The notes under the pieces were generated by a model that was not told the origin of the DNA, did no database searches, and saw only the letters and a program-made list of their open reading frames with translations. The translations under genes were made by a program, and so were the position numbers. Below are positions 26,734 through 48,034 of a DNA stretch of 64,000 bases, in pieces. The stretch's first letter is position 1; every line of letters begins with the position of its first letter. Origin of the DNA: Macrostomum lignano (taxonomy: Eukaryota); NCBI GenBank assembly GCA_002269645.1, contig NIVC01000096.1:321974-385973 (forward strand), written 5' to 3'.

Positions 26734-28739
26734 TGCACTTATTAATATTCTGTTTTTTTAAATATTTGTAGACTGATAGATAGCAGGAAAATTTTGATTT
26801 AACATTGCACAATCGATTGAGCAGTTCTTAGGTTTGATGACTGGCATTAAAAATGTAAAATTTTTGGATAAAGACCTAATTGCATAAATGCTAGTTCGTC
26901 AAGCAATCTCAATTGTATTAGAGACAAAGCAAAGTAGAGACTTTGGTAAGGATATTTCTTGTTTTTGTTAATAGGATAGGCCACAATAAAGTGTTGATTA
27001 ATTATAGTTAGCATGTGGTAAATCAGGTGGCAAATATGGATAGCAAATCAAAAATAAAAATATTCTGCATAATTAAAATTTTCTATCTGGTCATTCTAAA
27101 TTATCTACTTGCTGGTTGGAATTCTTATCAGTGGCTATTACTTGTCTAACTATAACTTTTTACTCTTTTTGTAGTGTGTTATAAAAGAATTCTACTTAAA
27201 TTTATTGTAGTAAACTAACATATGCATATTCATATTATGGCTATGACATTTTACCAAAGTAATGTTTTTACAAATCATAGAAATCACATTTTAGCAAAGA
27301 GTTATATTATATAAAATATAGAATTATAATGCAATTTTACAAATCTGATAAATATAAGTAACAAATAAAGAATAAGCTTTTACTTTACAAATTAAAAAAG
27401 AAAAATTCTAAGTAATAAAGAAGTAAAAGAAACAAATCTATTTATGCCTTGTTAGGTCTAATGCTAGGCCTAACCTTATTGTTTTTGAGTTTTGTAACAA
27501 AGAAGATAGAATAGAGTTTGGTAGGATGCTTTGCAATTGCAACATAGTAAGTATGACAAAGGTAGCCTATGGCTATGTTTTGCTTGCATTACAGTAATAT
27601 AATTTCAAAAACTTCAATTGCCATTCTTGTCAACTAAAATGATACAAATCTTGATGAACTTTAGGATACAATTTTTAGGATATAGGATGCAAACATTGCA
27701 ATGCAAAATATGTTTTATAAAGGATAAATATATTATAAAGCTTATTTTTAATAATTAGTTTGCAGGTCATTTTAATATTTATAATCAGATGTAATTTTTT
27801 TGAATTGAGCTACAAGTTTTCTTTAACAAAATAACACATGCATTCTTATTGTCACTATACACTTTTACCACTTTCTGCTTTTGTGCATTTAGCTACAAAT
27901 ATTCTTGGTCATGGTCAGCTTTTTACCATTTTTCTTTAAATAAAATAACATTAATTTTTTGGCATTGTCCAATAAAAAGTAAGCAAATTCTGATTAGTAA
28001 AATAATCATACATTTGCAACATTACTGACTTACACTGGCTGTGTAACTTACTTTTCAACCAAAAATGTAAATTTCCTTTGAAAGAAAGCTAAGCAAAATA
28101 AACATAATTTTGATTAAACAACAAGAGTAACTATAATAATATTATTTAGACTAAATGCTGCACTATCTAATTAGTACTATATGAACATTACTGGTGCTTT
28201 TTTAATAGCCACCTAATTGTAGCCTATGAAGTAATTTGCAAATTGTCTTAATACAATGTAGTGAGCTTACTATATAAGTCATGATTCATGAAAGTCTAGA
28301 ATGCTTATGCCTAGAAGAAAAGTGAAATAAATGCAGTGTGATACAATTCGCAATGTATTCTGGGTTTTTTGGCCATATAGGGTTTTTTGGCCCCTTGAAA
28401 ATCTCATTTGCAACTGGATTTTTGGCATCAAAGGCCAATCTGGCAACTTCATTTTCCTTGTACCAGTTGCCAATTAAAAAAATAATATAAGTGTAATATT
28501 GTAAGTGTAATAAAAGACTACACGAAAGTGTAATAAAACTATATAAATCAATGTGATGGAATTATTAGTTTGTTATTATTTGCTAAATTCTAAGTTTATG
28601 AAACTAAGAGTATTTTTGCATAGATTCTTAAATTTGAAGTCAGGCTCTAACAAAAAATTGTTAACAGTTAGGAAAAAGTCAAATAAAAATGGGAGTAAAT
28701 GCATGTTAAATTACAATTTGAGGCTTTTGAAACTTCTCT

Positions 28740-29280
28740 TGTCTCTACAATCTCGTCCTCCATTTCCTCTTTTTATTTTTTCTTATTACTTATCCCTCTT
28801 CTCTCTTTTCCTTTCTTCTCTTTTCTCCCCTTTCTTCTCTAAACTCTCATCTCTCCACTCTACTTTCTTATCTCTTCTCACTAATCTCTAATCCCTCCTG
28901 TCTTTTCTACTCTCTAATCTCTCCTTATATCCTCTTTATCTTCTCTACTCCCATTTACTCTCTCCTTTCATCTCTCTCCTCACTTAGCTTTTCTCTCCTC
29001 TTCTATCTTTTCTCTCATTGCATCTCTTGCCTCTCCTTTGTTTGCTAATCTCTAATCTTCTATTCCCTCTCCTTTGAAGCAAGAAAATCTGCCAACATTT
29101 TTGCTAAAGATAAGAGGAGAGAAAAGGGAAAAGAAAAAATGGGAGAGAGAAGAGGGGAGAAGAGAGAAGGGATCAAAGCAGCAGAGAAGGAAAAGAAGAA
29201 GGAAGGAGAGGAGAGAAAAAAGGGAAATAGGAGGGAGAGAGAGAAGAGAGGAGAGAAGGTAAAAAAGAAAGGAGAGAAAA
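28740..29280. repeat. Adjacent polypyrimidine then polypurine low-complexity blocks
   Basis: CT-rich about 28740-29070, then GA-rich about 29100-29280. Confidence 0.8.
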
Positions 29281-30028
29281 GAAATTTTGAGAATGGGCTT
29301 GAAATTTGAGAACAGTTGAGCGAGATTGAATTCAGTATAGAAAAAATAAATATTTTATTGTGATAGATACAAAAAATATTGTGAAGATGCAATACCAAAT
29401 TGACAATATCCTCAGCCTAATCAACTGACAGTCAACAAGCCAGTGTACACAAACCCTAGCACAGCCTGTAAGCTTTTAGTAATGATACCTTTAAGTTCCA
29501 GGCAAGAGGCTTTAGCTTTGTAAATGCCTGAACTAAATGCAGCCCTGAAATAGTTGTTGCTAGCTACTAGCACATTTTTATGCATAGAAACTAGACCCTG
29601 CTAGCACTGAGAGTCAGGGCATAATAGTCTGAGCATAGCCTGAGCAGGTTGAGCTAGGACAGCAGCTTGGCTAGATAGCCAGTAGCCAACACTATGCAAC
29701 TCTTTTGGCCAGCTTTGAAGCACTTTTCTGATGCTGTGGCTGTGGATATGGTTGACAATGTTGAAACTTTACAAATGTTTAGCATCCTGCTAATCTTAGG
29801 GAGAAGCCATCTTAGGACAAGACTTCCTATGGGACCTAAAGGCTACTACTGTTAGAGCAACAGAGATTGTTGTTGTTAATGTGTTAATAAGGTAATGTTA
29901 ATGAATAATATAATATAATATAATATAATAAACCAAAAATTAAAAAAAAGAAACAAAGAGAATTTGATTTATTTGCCTTTAAAAAGATGGATTAGTGATC
30001 AAATCTAACTAGACCATTAGCTAGGCCT

Positions 30029-30674
30029 GGGTACCAGTCGTTTCGGTGACAGACATTTTGGTGACAAATAGTCGTTTTGGTGACAAGTTGCAATTGTGAT
30101 AGACACACTTCATTTTCAATGAAAAATCAAAGATTTCATAAGTACTGTTGTTTTAGTGATAAGAGGCATTTCATAATATTCGGTTGTAGTTATTTTGTTA
30201 AGATTTATGTTTCATAATATATTTAAAAATTTTCATCAAAAGAATATATTTAAAAAAAGAAAGCAAACTAATTATATTGTTTTCTTCCTGTGCAGATCAT
30301 TTTGAATTGTCCCAGAGTGTTCAGACACAAACCATAAACCTATAGAGAATCCTCATGAAATGCAGACCACGAGAAAGGCGGAGATATTCACTCGTTGACG
30401 CTTTTGCATGTTTAAATTGGAAAACATAATTCAAAAGACCGCAACTCTATAATTGTAAATAAACAAAATTAAATACAGAAATACTTAACTGTTTAAAAAA
30501 ATATAAAATTTTAGGCTCGATATCCCTTAAGATTTTCTAAGTAATTTTCTGTTTAAAAACAGAATGGCTATAACTAAAATTGTATTTTTTTGTCACCGAA
30601 ATGACTTCTGCTTGTCACCAAAATTCAAAAAGACTGTCACTGAAACATATTGTCACCAAAACGACTGTAATCCC
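30029..30674. mobile_element. MITE with terminal inverted repeats, subterminal GGTGACA motifs and target-site duplication
   Basis: Left end gggtaccagtcgtttcggtgaca; right end (reverse complement) gggattacagtcgttttggtgaca. Repeated ggtgaca/tgtcacc motifs lie inside both ends. Flanked on both sides by taggcct (30022-30028, 30675-30681). Confidence 0.8.
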
Positions 30675-31488
30675 TAGGCCTATACATAATACATAGTATA
30701 TAAAAGTATAAAACTGGTATTTATTTTAGCTATTGTATGCCCTATTCACTATTGTATAAAAAACAATAGTACTATTTATAAGGTCAATGAAAAGGAAAAT
30801 ATATATTAACTTCAATCTTCATATAGGAGCCTAGACAAATCATTTATTTTCAGTAAGGCCTACTCCTGAATATTTACAGTATGATAATACCAAATAAATC
30901 CACTATAAATAAGCTATTGATCTTTAGTTTAGACCCTATGCTAGAGCTTTAAGTTTAAGTTAAGTTTAAGCTTTAAAACTGCATTTACAAATGTGCCAAC
31001 CAATAAAACATCTGTCTTAATAAAGATCACACCTAAGGCCTAATAATAATAGGCCTAGCTAATACTAGTAATAGCTAATAGGTCTAGGAATGCATCAAAT
31101 AGCCTAAATAGGCCTACAATTTCAAAATAGTACTTGTTATGTTAAAATTAATATTAATAATACTTTTTTAAAATAAATAGGGGCCTTATGCTATCAAATT
31201 AAATTTTCAACAAAGCCAAGCCCCACCTATAAACTAGACATGTGCTGTCTGTCTCATCTCATGTCTGTAGACAAGACATGGTGTTGTGACATGTGCAATT
31301 GCAAATATAGCACCTTATCATCCTTATGAATATGACTGACATGTGTCAAATAAACCCTAGGCCTTGGACTCTTGAGTCAGAAAATTTTCATGGTAGGCCT
31401 AAGCTCTGCTTAAGCTAATCAAATTCAGCTCCAACAAAGCAGTGGTACCTCATCTCATCATCAGCATAGGCATAGAGGATCTCTTCGA

Positions 31489-31929
31489 GTTCGACTTCGA
31501 TCGAGTTCAGACTGGTAAGCAAAAAATTTAAAACTCCCGCGCTCAGGGTACGAATTTCCTAGAAAGCATCTTTCGCTAATTCCGAAATATTATCTGTCTA
31601 TCCCCACTATTTTTAAATTCACAAAATAAGTTAAGTTCAAGTAAACGGATTTAATTACAACGCACACTTATTGCGCTAGCTAACTATCAGCAAATCAATT
31701 CCTTTTTGTCGAATTCTGGAAAGTTTTTCTTTCGGTTTAATTAGGTATGGAAGTTTTTCATAGTTGGTGCATTGTATATAAATTGATACTTACTGACCAA
31801 CTATTAGAATCGCGGTTTGCTACCTTATATTAGTATAACATGTCAGCTAGCGCTTATGTGCTTGCATGGTGTACGTACATGTACATGTACATATACATGT
31901 ATGTACATGTTGAGTCGATCGAGTCGAGC
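31489..31929. mobile_element. Possible degenerate inverted-repeat element
   Basis: gttcgacttcgatcgagttca (31489-31509) versus the reverse complement of 31911-31929, gctcgactcgatcgactca; no TSD identified. Confidence 0.3.
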
Positions 31930-32046
31930 TTCTTTCGAAATCGATATTTCCTAAAAAGTGAGCCTCCACATCCCGTGCGCAATTTCAGAGCTAAGTATAA
32001 GGGTCCGGGCCCAAAAATAAAGTGCCCTCTGTCTGATGTTCATGAC

Positions 32047-32235
32047 CAGCTGGGAGCTGGTACGGATCCAGAAAATTTTGAACGGGGGGCGCAGATTACT
32101 AAGGTACATGTATGTATATCATGTACATTGTATATGCACACGATAATGTGTATTTTCCATATAAAAAATATAAAAAATTCTAACTCGACGGTTGGGGGCG
32201 CGTGCTCTGTACGCCTGCCCCTAAATACGCCACTG
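32047..32235. mobile_element. hAT-like MITE, 189 bp
   Basis: Starts CAG...cggatccagaaaatttt...ggggggcg and ends gcccctaaatacgccaCTG; flanked by a 7/8 matching 8-bp duplication, ttcatgac and ctcatgac. The left TIR is degenerate. Confidence 0.55.
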
Positions 32236-33692
32236 CTCATGACATTCTAAATGTCAAATTTCATTCATGTTCATGTAATGCATGTAAGTGATCGATTAAG
32301 TGCTTGACGCAATCACACAGTGCAGTGCTATCAGTGATACATGTTTTTCATGTGTGCACTAGTTTTAGGCAAAGTTAACTATGATCTTCGCAGGTTTTCA
32401 TGCTGGCCAATTTTCTACGAAAATATATACATACGCGCATACATGTTATATTATGTATATGTATCATACTTATACACGCTATTATAGCTAACAACTTATG
32501 CATGTTTTTTATTCAGTAGTACGAGACCGAGTAGTATTGCAATTATAATCTTCAAAAGGATTTGACACTAGAGTCTCTAAAACTCAGAGATAATGCAGGA
32601 GGCAGGGAACAGTGGGGCAACTGACCCCAGACATTGATGATTAATATCATCTTCAAGTTCAATGTAATGGGAGATCGAGGACATAAGTACATGATGTATT
32701 AGATTCATTTATTAGATAATTTTTTAGCGTATTTTCCTTATACTCCTACTGCATGGCAGTAGAGTTATAAAATAAAAGTTTAGTATAATTTAGGCTGGGT
32801 ATTTTTTGTACGTTTCGTACTTAAACAATTATCGATATACCAGTTTTTATGTTTATATATGGTACAAGTATTTCGTGGGGGTCTAGCCATATAAATATAA
32901 ATATACTGGAGCGGTCTATATAGCTCACTACTTCTCTGCTGCAACTGCAAGTACAACTGTACGTAATAACCAACAGCATCCAGTCGAGGTCAACTGCCCC
33001 CCTGTTAAAAAAGGGCTTCGAAAAAATTTTCTTTGAAAAACTATACAGACGTCCGGTGGTTTCTGCTCGCTCTACTTTTTTGATTCCACGAAACTCTTCC
33101 GTTAAAATTATCTTAAGCTTTTATCAATGATTTCAACTCCCCAAAACTCAAACTTCCCCTCGGCATTAAAAAGTTTCATCAAATTAACAAATTTTCGTTA
33201 AAGCATCTCGCAGCAATCGTTCTCAACCTCAGGAGAACTAAACCCTTCAGGATTTCAAGTCCGCCCCAGCTCTTGGTACACTTTAATCCGAGTTAAGTCC
33301 AGCCCCATTAACCTTATCGATTCTAGCGAATGCAACGGTTCAGAATGCAATTTAAAAGGATTTTCTTGGCAAGATTTGATCATGATTTTTGCCAGTTCAA
33401 CTTCTACAGCGACTGAGCTTCTCAGTTCTAAAAATGTAGATTTTAATTTGATTCAGGACATACCTAATCCTCGATTGATGCCATGCTTTAACAAACTTGA
33501 GCGAGCTGTCCCGAACTTAATTTGTATTTTTCTGCTTTCATCGGATCGGCACTTAAATTATGAGTTGTATTGTATTTCTAGTTTCCTAAAAGGATGCGAA
33601 GCTGTTTTCTGTGTTTTGTTGATGTTGATGTTCATGAGCATGTGAAAGATGCTGTCCTGTCCCGTGCTGTGCTGTTTTGTGCTGTACCAATG

Positions 33693-34276
33693 CAGGGGCG
33701 CCAGCACCAGGGGCGCCAGCACCAGGGGCGCCAGCACCAGGGGCGCCAGCACCAGGGGCGCCAGCACCAGGGGCGCCAGCACCAGGGGCGCCAGCACCAG
33801 GGGCGCCAGCACCAGGGGCGCCAGCACCAGGGGCGCCAGCACCAGGGGCGCCAGCACCAGGGGCGCCAGCACCAGGGGCGCCAGCACCAGGGGCGCCAGC
33901 ACCAGGGGCGCCAGCACCAGGGGCGCCAGCACCAGGGGCGCCAGCACCAGGGGCGCCAGCACCAGGGGCGCCAGCACCAGGGGCGCCAGCACCAGGGGCG
34001 CCAGCACCAGGGGCGCCAGCACCAGGGGCGCCAGCACCAGGGGCGCCAGCACCAGGGGCGCCAGCACCAGGGGCGCCAGCACCAGGGGCGCCAGCACCAG
34101 GGGCGCCAGCACCAGGGGCGCCAGCACCAGGGGCGCCAGCACCAGGGGCGCCAGCACCAGGAGCTTTAGCTCCAGGGGCGCCAGCGCCAGGGGCGCCAGC
34201 ACCAGGGGCGCCAGCACCAGGGGCGCCAGCACCAGGGGCGCCAGCGCCAGGGGCGCCAGCACCAGGGGCACCCCTG
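33693..34276. repeat. Near-perfect 15-bp minisatellite, about 38 copies
   Basis: (caggggcgccagcac)n, ending ggcacccctg. Confidence 0.98.
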
Positions 34277-35227
34277 ATATTGATGTAACCGGCTTATTGA
34301 AAAATAAGTTTACTATCGAATGAGTTTAAATTACGCTAATTAACAAACTTGACCACAAAAATATGGTAATGTGGTTTAACCATCCTTCTATACACTGACT
34401 TTGGTTCCCAGCTCGGGCGCTGAGCTTTCTCTATCATGTCGCGAGTCTCAATCTGTCAGATGATCGAGACTGCCAATTGCGTGTAAATACCACCCAAAGC
34501 TGGCCAATCCTGGACTCAGCACAAGTGAGTTTGCTATAGGAGTGTCTAACGGGATTCCGATTCTGCTGCAAATTGCAACGGAGAGTGGAATTGAGTAGCC
34601 AAACCAGCCAACCGCCGGAGGATAGCAGCTCGCGGAGATTCCTCCGGATGAGCTGGTAGACAAGAAAGCAAAAGACAGCTGCTAGTGGCTACATAAGTAA
34701 GGAGAAGGGAAAGAGACTAAAATGATGTATTAATCCTGACTTAATCTGGCCTAGATGAGCTATCTATAGGCGCTGAGCACACAGTAAATGGTTCCCAGCT
34801 GAAGAGAAACCAGATGGGAGTTCTCTATCCACACCACCCACCGCGGGCCGCTATAGATACATATTAGGACTTGACAAAGTTTTCACGCAAGCAAGCCGCA
34901 GTCACACAATCAATCACTCAGCCAATTGATCCAGGAAATTACTACTCGCTAATGAGGCACACAGGCGGGTGGATGGACGCTGTTGGACCGACTAGGGGAC
35001 TCCAGAATCGAGCCATCGCGATCTAGCTAGCCTTATCCTTAGACTTCGCTGATCCCTTCTTCTCACTTTCTCCGCTAAGCCTACTTTGAACACTCGCCCG
35101 CTGTGTCTGTCTCTTAGTCAGGCCTTCATTTTATCATATCTGCTCAATTCTCTTTTAGCTTCTCTGCCCGGACAATGTCACCAATTCAAGCTGCATGGAC
35201 CGAGAGAATGCATGTCTACAGACTGCC

Positions 35228-36385
<1,158 letters not shown>

Positions 36386-37439
36386 CTGTGTGTCTAATTC
36401 TGTCTGATTGCGAATCAGGGACCGTGGCGCGAGAGTCAGCCAGTTAACCTTACCCGTCTGGGTCAAAGCAGAAGTGTTTAAGGGTTATACCACAGAAGCA
36501 TCTTAGGAATTCTGAAAAAAACGACAGTTGGATTATAATGACCGCTACTGTAACAGGTCAGAGACACTGACTGATCAATTATGCAGTTTTAATTGCTGCT
36601 TTCAGAAGCTCGGATGGACGGTATAGCTGCAGACGATCGGTTGCTAACCAGCCGATAAAAATGGTTGCAAGAATAGAGAAAATGTTTGTTTGCAGGCCGC
36701 CGACTCCTCCCATCAGTTTGATCGTGGCGGGTGCAGCGGGCGGAACAGTTTCCAAACTGCACGGTCCCGACAGCTGTCTGCAATTGTTCAATCGTCATCA
36801 GTTATTTTTGCTGGCCGTGCCTTTAAAGAGCAATTCACTCGAGAATGCTGCATAGGGGTTGAGGCACTTAAAAGCGCGGCGATAGGAACTTAACGCAGTT
36901 GTCGTAAAAACATGTTCACCTGAGGAGTAAAATGGGGGAAAACAGGAATTCTTAGTTTTTGAAATGACCAAATTTAGTGCCTTTGGAAAACAAAGACCTT
37001 TTTTAAAGGGTTCCGGCGCAAAGCGACTTCTCTTGTCCGGCATTTTAATCGGATGCCTGTCGCGCAGACACTCATTGTTGAAATTGTCTGAACCCATGCA
37101 ACATTATCCTCCAATTTTCCTTTCATATCCCAAGAAGCTTATAATTTTAGCTCACTTTTGCGCCCGAGCGAGTTTGGACAAATTTGACAAATGGTCAAGA
37201 TGGCCCGGGCTCTCTTAGCTCGCTCCGGTTATTAGAAAGGGACAGTTTTGTCCGATGTTCTGAATTTAGGCCTTATCGAAATTTTCTTTCTGGAAACTGA
37301 AAACTTCTGTGAGTTTCTTCACGTAGTTTCAGTGAATTGATCTGACCAAACTTTCATTGAAATTTTTTTAAATATTACGGATGTACATATTCTAGCGCAA
37401 TTTAAAAATGTACAAGCACCCAGCACGTCAGCAGAGTGG

Positions 37440-37610
37440 CGCCACCGGTGCTGGCGCCCCCGGTGCTGGCGCCCCCGGTGCTGGCGCCCCCGGTGCTGGC
37501 GCCCCCGGTGCTGGCGCCCCCGGTGCTGGCGCCCCCGGTGCTGGCGCCCCCGGTGCTGGCGCCCCCGGTGCTGGCGACCCCGGTGCTGGCGCCCCCGGTG
37601 CTGGCGCCCA
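37440..37610. repeat. 15-bp minisatellite, about 11 copies, inverted relative to 33693-34276
   Basis: (gtgctggcgcccccg)n; differs by one base from the reverse complement of caggggcgccagcac. Confidence 0.95.
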
Positions 37611-39021
37611 ATAATTTTGATAAACATTCAGGATGACAAGCTTTTTGTCGTATTACAGTGATATCGTTGCTGCTTGAAATGTTTTCAAAATAGGTTGAAA
37701 ATCTTAAAAGACTTTGAAATTAAGGTAGCAAGCTGTGCATAAATTCTAAGAAAGTAAAGAAGTTGAGGCGATTAAAATACTCATTTAAACTCAATTTTAA
37801 CGGCAACTCTCCAACTCGAAAACACAACTCGAATTCTTTATCTTGGACTGCGGATTTTTTCGAATCGTTTTAGCGCCAGTCGAGAAAGCAGGAAGGTAGG
37901 AAGGCAAGCCGCGGGCCGCCCGCCACACGGGAAAGGATTTCAAAGTTTTGATGGATTCACACCAGGTGTCTAACAAGGCCCCCCTCGGCGCTTTTGACAT
38001 CTGTGACCGCCCTCCCCCCTAATTCTCCTCCCCCTTTTTTCTTTTATTTATCTCTTAAACTGTTTCCTCACTCCACTCTCCCCCACTCTTCCCTCATCCG
38101 TAGAGGTGTGCATGTGTTGTGTGTGGGTTCCCCGGACCCATTTAGACTGTCGCGCAAGCAATCCATGCAGAGGCCAAGCAATTTATGACGAAGAGCCCAT
38201 GGGCCAGCTAATAGGCCACTAGCTAGTCTTCTGACCACACTAATTCCTTTGCTTGCCTCTTCCAAAACAAATACACCTAATGGGGCTGCTGCTAAGCCAC
38301 TTAACAGCTTAACAACTTTTAACACCGAAAGCTGGGGCCAAACTAGACAGACCAGAAATCCGCCTCTATAACTCCGTCTCTAAGGCCGCAGAATATCTTA
38401 TTATAACAGGAATGTCAACCCCATGCAGCCTTACTAATGGGGCTCATAAGAGATAGTGGCCCCGTTCTCTTCATTCTTAAGTTGTGACTTTCGAACTTAG
38501 CGGATCTGTCTATGCCTGTCTACCCGCCTGTCTGCCCGCCTGTCTGTTCCCCGTGTCATTGCTCGTTTATCACTGACCACTTTGCATTGCCACTGAGGTA
38601 AGGAGGTTTCTAAGCTGGGTTGCCGAGAAACCGCTGCCACTCTGCGCGTCTACCACCTACCTTTCTCTGCCTTCCTGACGGCCCCGCCTCCCCCCGCACA
38701 CGGCCCGAAACTGAAAATTCGTGGCCCATCAATTTTCAAACCGGTTATGTCCGGGAGAAGTCATGGCCATACCTTGGCAACTAGGATTTTTGCGTGTTCA
38801 TAGGACTTTGCCTTGTGCAGTTGTCATTAGTGAGCAGTGATAAGCCAAATAAATATACCAAAGTCGTCACTGATAATCAGTATGTTAATTTTCTAATTGG
38901 AGATTTGCTACTTGCTACCTGCTTATCATCTGCAACCGAAAGCCATATATTTTTATCGATGTCTCTCATTCTCAAACTCTTATCTGGGCTCTTAAGGTCG
39001 TTCCGTATATTTAGTTTCTTT

Positions 39022-39290
39022 TGGATTCTATCAGACCTTTACTCAGGATTCTATCAGGCCTTACTTAGGATTCTATCAGACCTCAACTCAGGATTCTATC
39101 AGACCTTAACCCAGGATTCTATCAGACCTTACTCAGGATTCTATCAGACCTTACTCAGGATTCTATCAGATCTTACTCAGGATTCTATCAGACCTTACTC
39201 AGAATTCTATCAGACCTTACTCAGAATTCTATCAGACCTTACTCAGAATTCTATCAGACCTTACTCAGAATTCTATCAGACCTTACTCAG
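39022..39290. repeat. 22-bp minisatellite
   Basis: Unit g(g/a)attctatcagaccttactca. Confidence 0.93.
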
Positions 39291-41559
39291 GCAAACTTGA
39301 GCACTTCTGTGCGTGCTCAAAGTTTGTACAGCATTATTCCAAAGCAGGAAAAAAACAATCCTTCCCCAAAAAAACTAGGATTCGTGCATATTAGTCAGGA
39401 ACTAAGCTTAGACAGTTTCCAGTTATTTAGCAGTGGAATTCGTGTCCCGGAATTCAAATTCGTTTTGGTTTAGTTTCGCCGACAAGTGTCGAGAATTTCA
39501 TTATGAAAAGAAAACTTTATATTTTTTTATGTCTGCTAACAAACCAAAGCAGAAAAAAGGGGATGGAATTGGGGAGATTTTCGATACTCTTGCACACGCC
39601 CGAAATTGGAAGTTTGTCAACTCTGTAAGGCATGCCGAAGCAGCGCACAAGAAAGAAAAAGCGAGTTGGCTACACAACTGGAAAAGCCGACAACGCAGTA
39701 ATTTTAGAACCATGCAGTTTTTTCTCTGTTCTTCTTTTCGAATCTGTGCAGGAATTTCAGTTCGTTACAATTATACAATCTTGGCTAAGCAAAGAAGACA
39801 GAACAGATAGACACATTCTGGAAAGGGGGGGGGTTGGATACAAACTGTGGATCAGAGAGATGTTCATCATCATAGCGTCAGTGGTAGGCGCCGGTGGTTG
39901 TTAATTTCGCAGTGATAAAACTATCATGTGCGACGCTATAGAAACAGGTTTTATGCAGCGTAGGTAGTCCTGTTGGTGACTTGTTTTTAGTTGCACAAGT
40001 TTCTGTTTTCAGCAGGACAACTGAGATGTATAAATGAATATTTAGTACCCGCTTCTGAAATCGTTTGCGGACACCTCGCCTCGCAGCCTTCACAAACGAC
40101 TTGGAATTGGAAAAAAACATAAAGAATAAAAACTTTGATGACAAAAGAATTGTCATTTATTTTTCGGTACAAAGCGCGGCCGTGAATTCGACAATTTACT
40201 GTCCACACTTTCCTGTGGCTGCCTTGCAGAATCAGTAAGCAATCATAGTACACAATAGCACAGCATAATCTATTTTCATGTTAAATATTTTTTGTTAATT
40301 CTCGTAATAACAACAACCAAAGCGAAAAGAAGGCTGATTTTATTTAAAAAGTTTACGCGATAATTAGAAGGCAAACATAAACCAGAAACGACATGTAAAT
40401 TTTCAAAACATTACAATTTAGTTTTAGTTAAAGCAATTGAATATTTGGTTACTTAAAGTACATTCCGAAACGTTTGGATAAGGAGAAACCAATAAAATTC
40501 TGTTTATTTGAAGTTTTTAATTAATTTTATCGCAAAATGTGAGGCGCCAAAGAAAGGAAGATGATATGCAAGCAGGAGAAAAAAATTATTTTATAAGGTG
40601 ATGTAATGTAGTTGTTAGTTTATAATCAGAGTATTTCTTCTATACAAGGGCTGCATAATATTATGTTTCGAACAAACGTATCTGGGGTACTCTAATTGTT
40701 AACTGATTTTTTAATTTTATACTTAACATTAACTCGTGTAGCCTTATACGAGCTAAAAGCTAAATTTGTTAATAGCATTTGAGAAGGAAAACTGTACAAA
40801 ATCAGTTTACTTTAGAACATGTAGCTATCGTAGTCTATTAAGTCTTCAGACGATCAAATTTTCAAAGCTTTCGATTATAAAATTGAAAATTAATTAGCTA
40901 AGCTAGCCATTAGAAAATTAGGTAAATTCAAGACTTGACTTTGAGTGAGAATACTTTTGATTTTAAAAACTTAGGATGCTATTTTTAGAAGTCCACTTGT
41001 GTTGGTAACAAGGGAATCATGAGATTATTTTGAGATTGGAACATAGATCTTATTTAAGACTTATTGATTGGACGAGTAATAAAACGAAATTCACTCGGCT
41101 ATTTGTCATTTTGTGTAACTGACAAGTTAGTTATGAAAAGCTTCTCCCAAAAGGTCAAAAGCGATTAGTAGGCTAGTCCAGAAAGAAGATAAGAGCGGAG
41201 AAGCGACACAACACGAAGAGATACGGCAGTAATAAAACCGGAAAATTCAATTTTACATTTAATAATGCCAGGCACTGTCATTCTTTTCTAATTTTAAAGT
41301 TAATTTAAAAAGCCAGGGATTTCTTGGCGCTCTAAAAAACTAACCTTAATCCAAGTAGCTTCCACGGTTTTTTAGACTAAGTTTTGTTTTAACGGAAACA
41401 TTTTTCTAGTTCCCGTGTTCAATCAAAATCAATCAAAGTAATTGATTTTCTTCTGAGAGGAATAAATTTTCTGTGTTCGCTCCCTCCGGTCTTCTCTCCG
41501 AATTAGACTGATTTTACAAGTAGTTCAGAATTAATTCAAACCAGAATCCAAAATCTTGC

Positions 41560-47035
<5,476 letters not shown>

Positions 47036-48034
47036 GCTGGTCTGCTTTTTATGTAAAGGACAGCAGAAGGCAAGGGCTATTATTTAGGAGATTTTAGAGA
47101 GGCGTTAAACACGGGATCCCATCCGTGGGATTTATTTTAAAGCTTTGCCTCCGAGTGGGGGGGGGGTTCAGAGTGGGGACTGGAGGAGGGTGGGCGAGAA
47201 GAAAGCGGCACTGCTGGCAGCCAATAGGGGATCGAGTTTTAAAAACTTCCCCCGGTCAATTTGGGAGGAGGCGCGCCATTTAGAGGTCCTGCGCATGAAC
47301 TGAGCCAGTCATGGACTACTGCACTCACTGGATTGGAAGCACCTGTTAATTTTTCAGTACGGCCTTCAAACATAAGTTAATCTCAAGCTTAGGCACTGCA
47401 AAGTTAAGCGAAATTGGCTCCGGTTAGTAGGATTTAAGGGTCAAGGAGGGAGCGGGAGCCCCTCTGAACGATTTTGCCAGGAAACATAACACCTAATTTT
47501 ACTAAAGGAGGAAGGGGTTCAAACATTTTAATCATGGACTCAAGGGCGCGCTGCATGGCACATGCGAGTATAGTTTTTCGAACTGGGAAGTTTTTAATTC
47601 AATTTTTGAAAACAGATTTTATAACTACGAGCTAATAGGCCCGGCACAGATTGGGTCATCCGTTCATTGATTTACGAGACCAAGCTATGAGAAAAACGTG
47701 TCAAAAGACGTCTGTCACGGTCTCTAGTTATATGGTCATTTTTTCACACTTAATTTCTTTACAACACATACGGCTGAGGTGGCGAGGAGTGTTGTAAACC
47801 TGAAATCTTTCATATTTTATTGGATAAATCTGATGGGCTGTTTTAGTCTTGCGCATGCAATCTGTGTGCTCAATTTTGGGAAAACTTTAAAGTTTGAGTT
47901 TTATGACCGCGAATACTCGTATAATTTGCCTCTAATTCTATTGATAATATGTGTATCAAAGATTGCAGAGAAGCTTTCATTAGACGAGTTTCAATGTGGG
48001 CGCTGAAATCAAAGGGTGCCCCATGCCAAGGAAG

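Noticed and set aside
33558-34323. Collagen- or elastin-like GAPAP repeat ORFs
   Set aside because: A near-identical 15-bp DNA repeat open in several frames, with no synonymous variation or gene structure.
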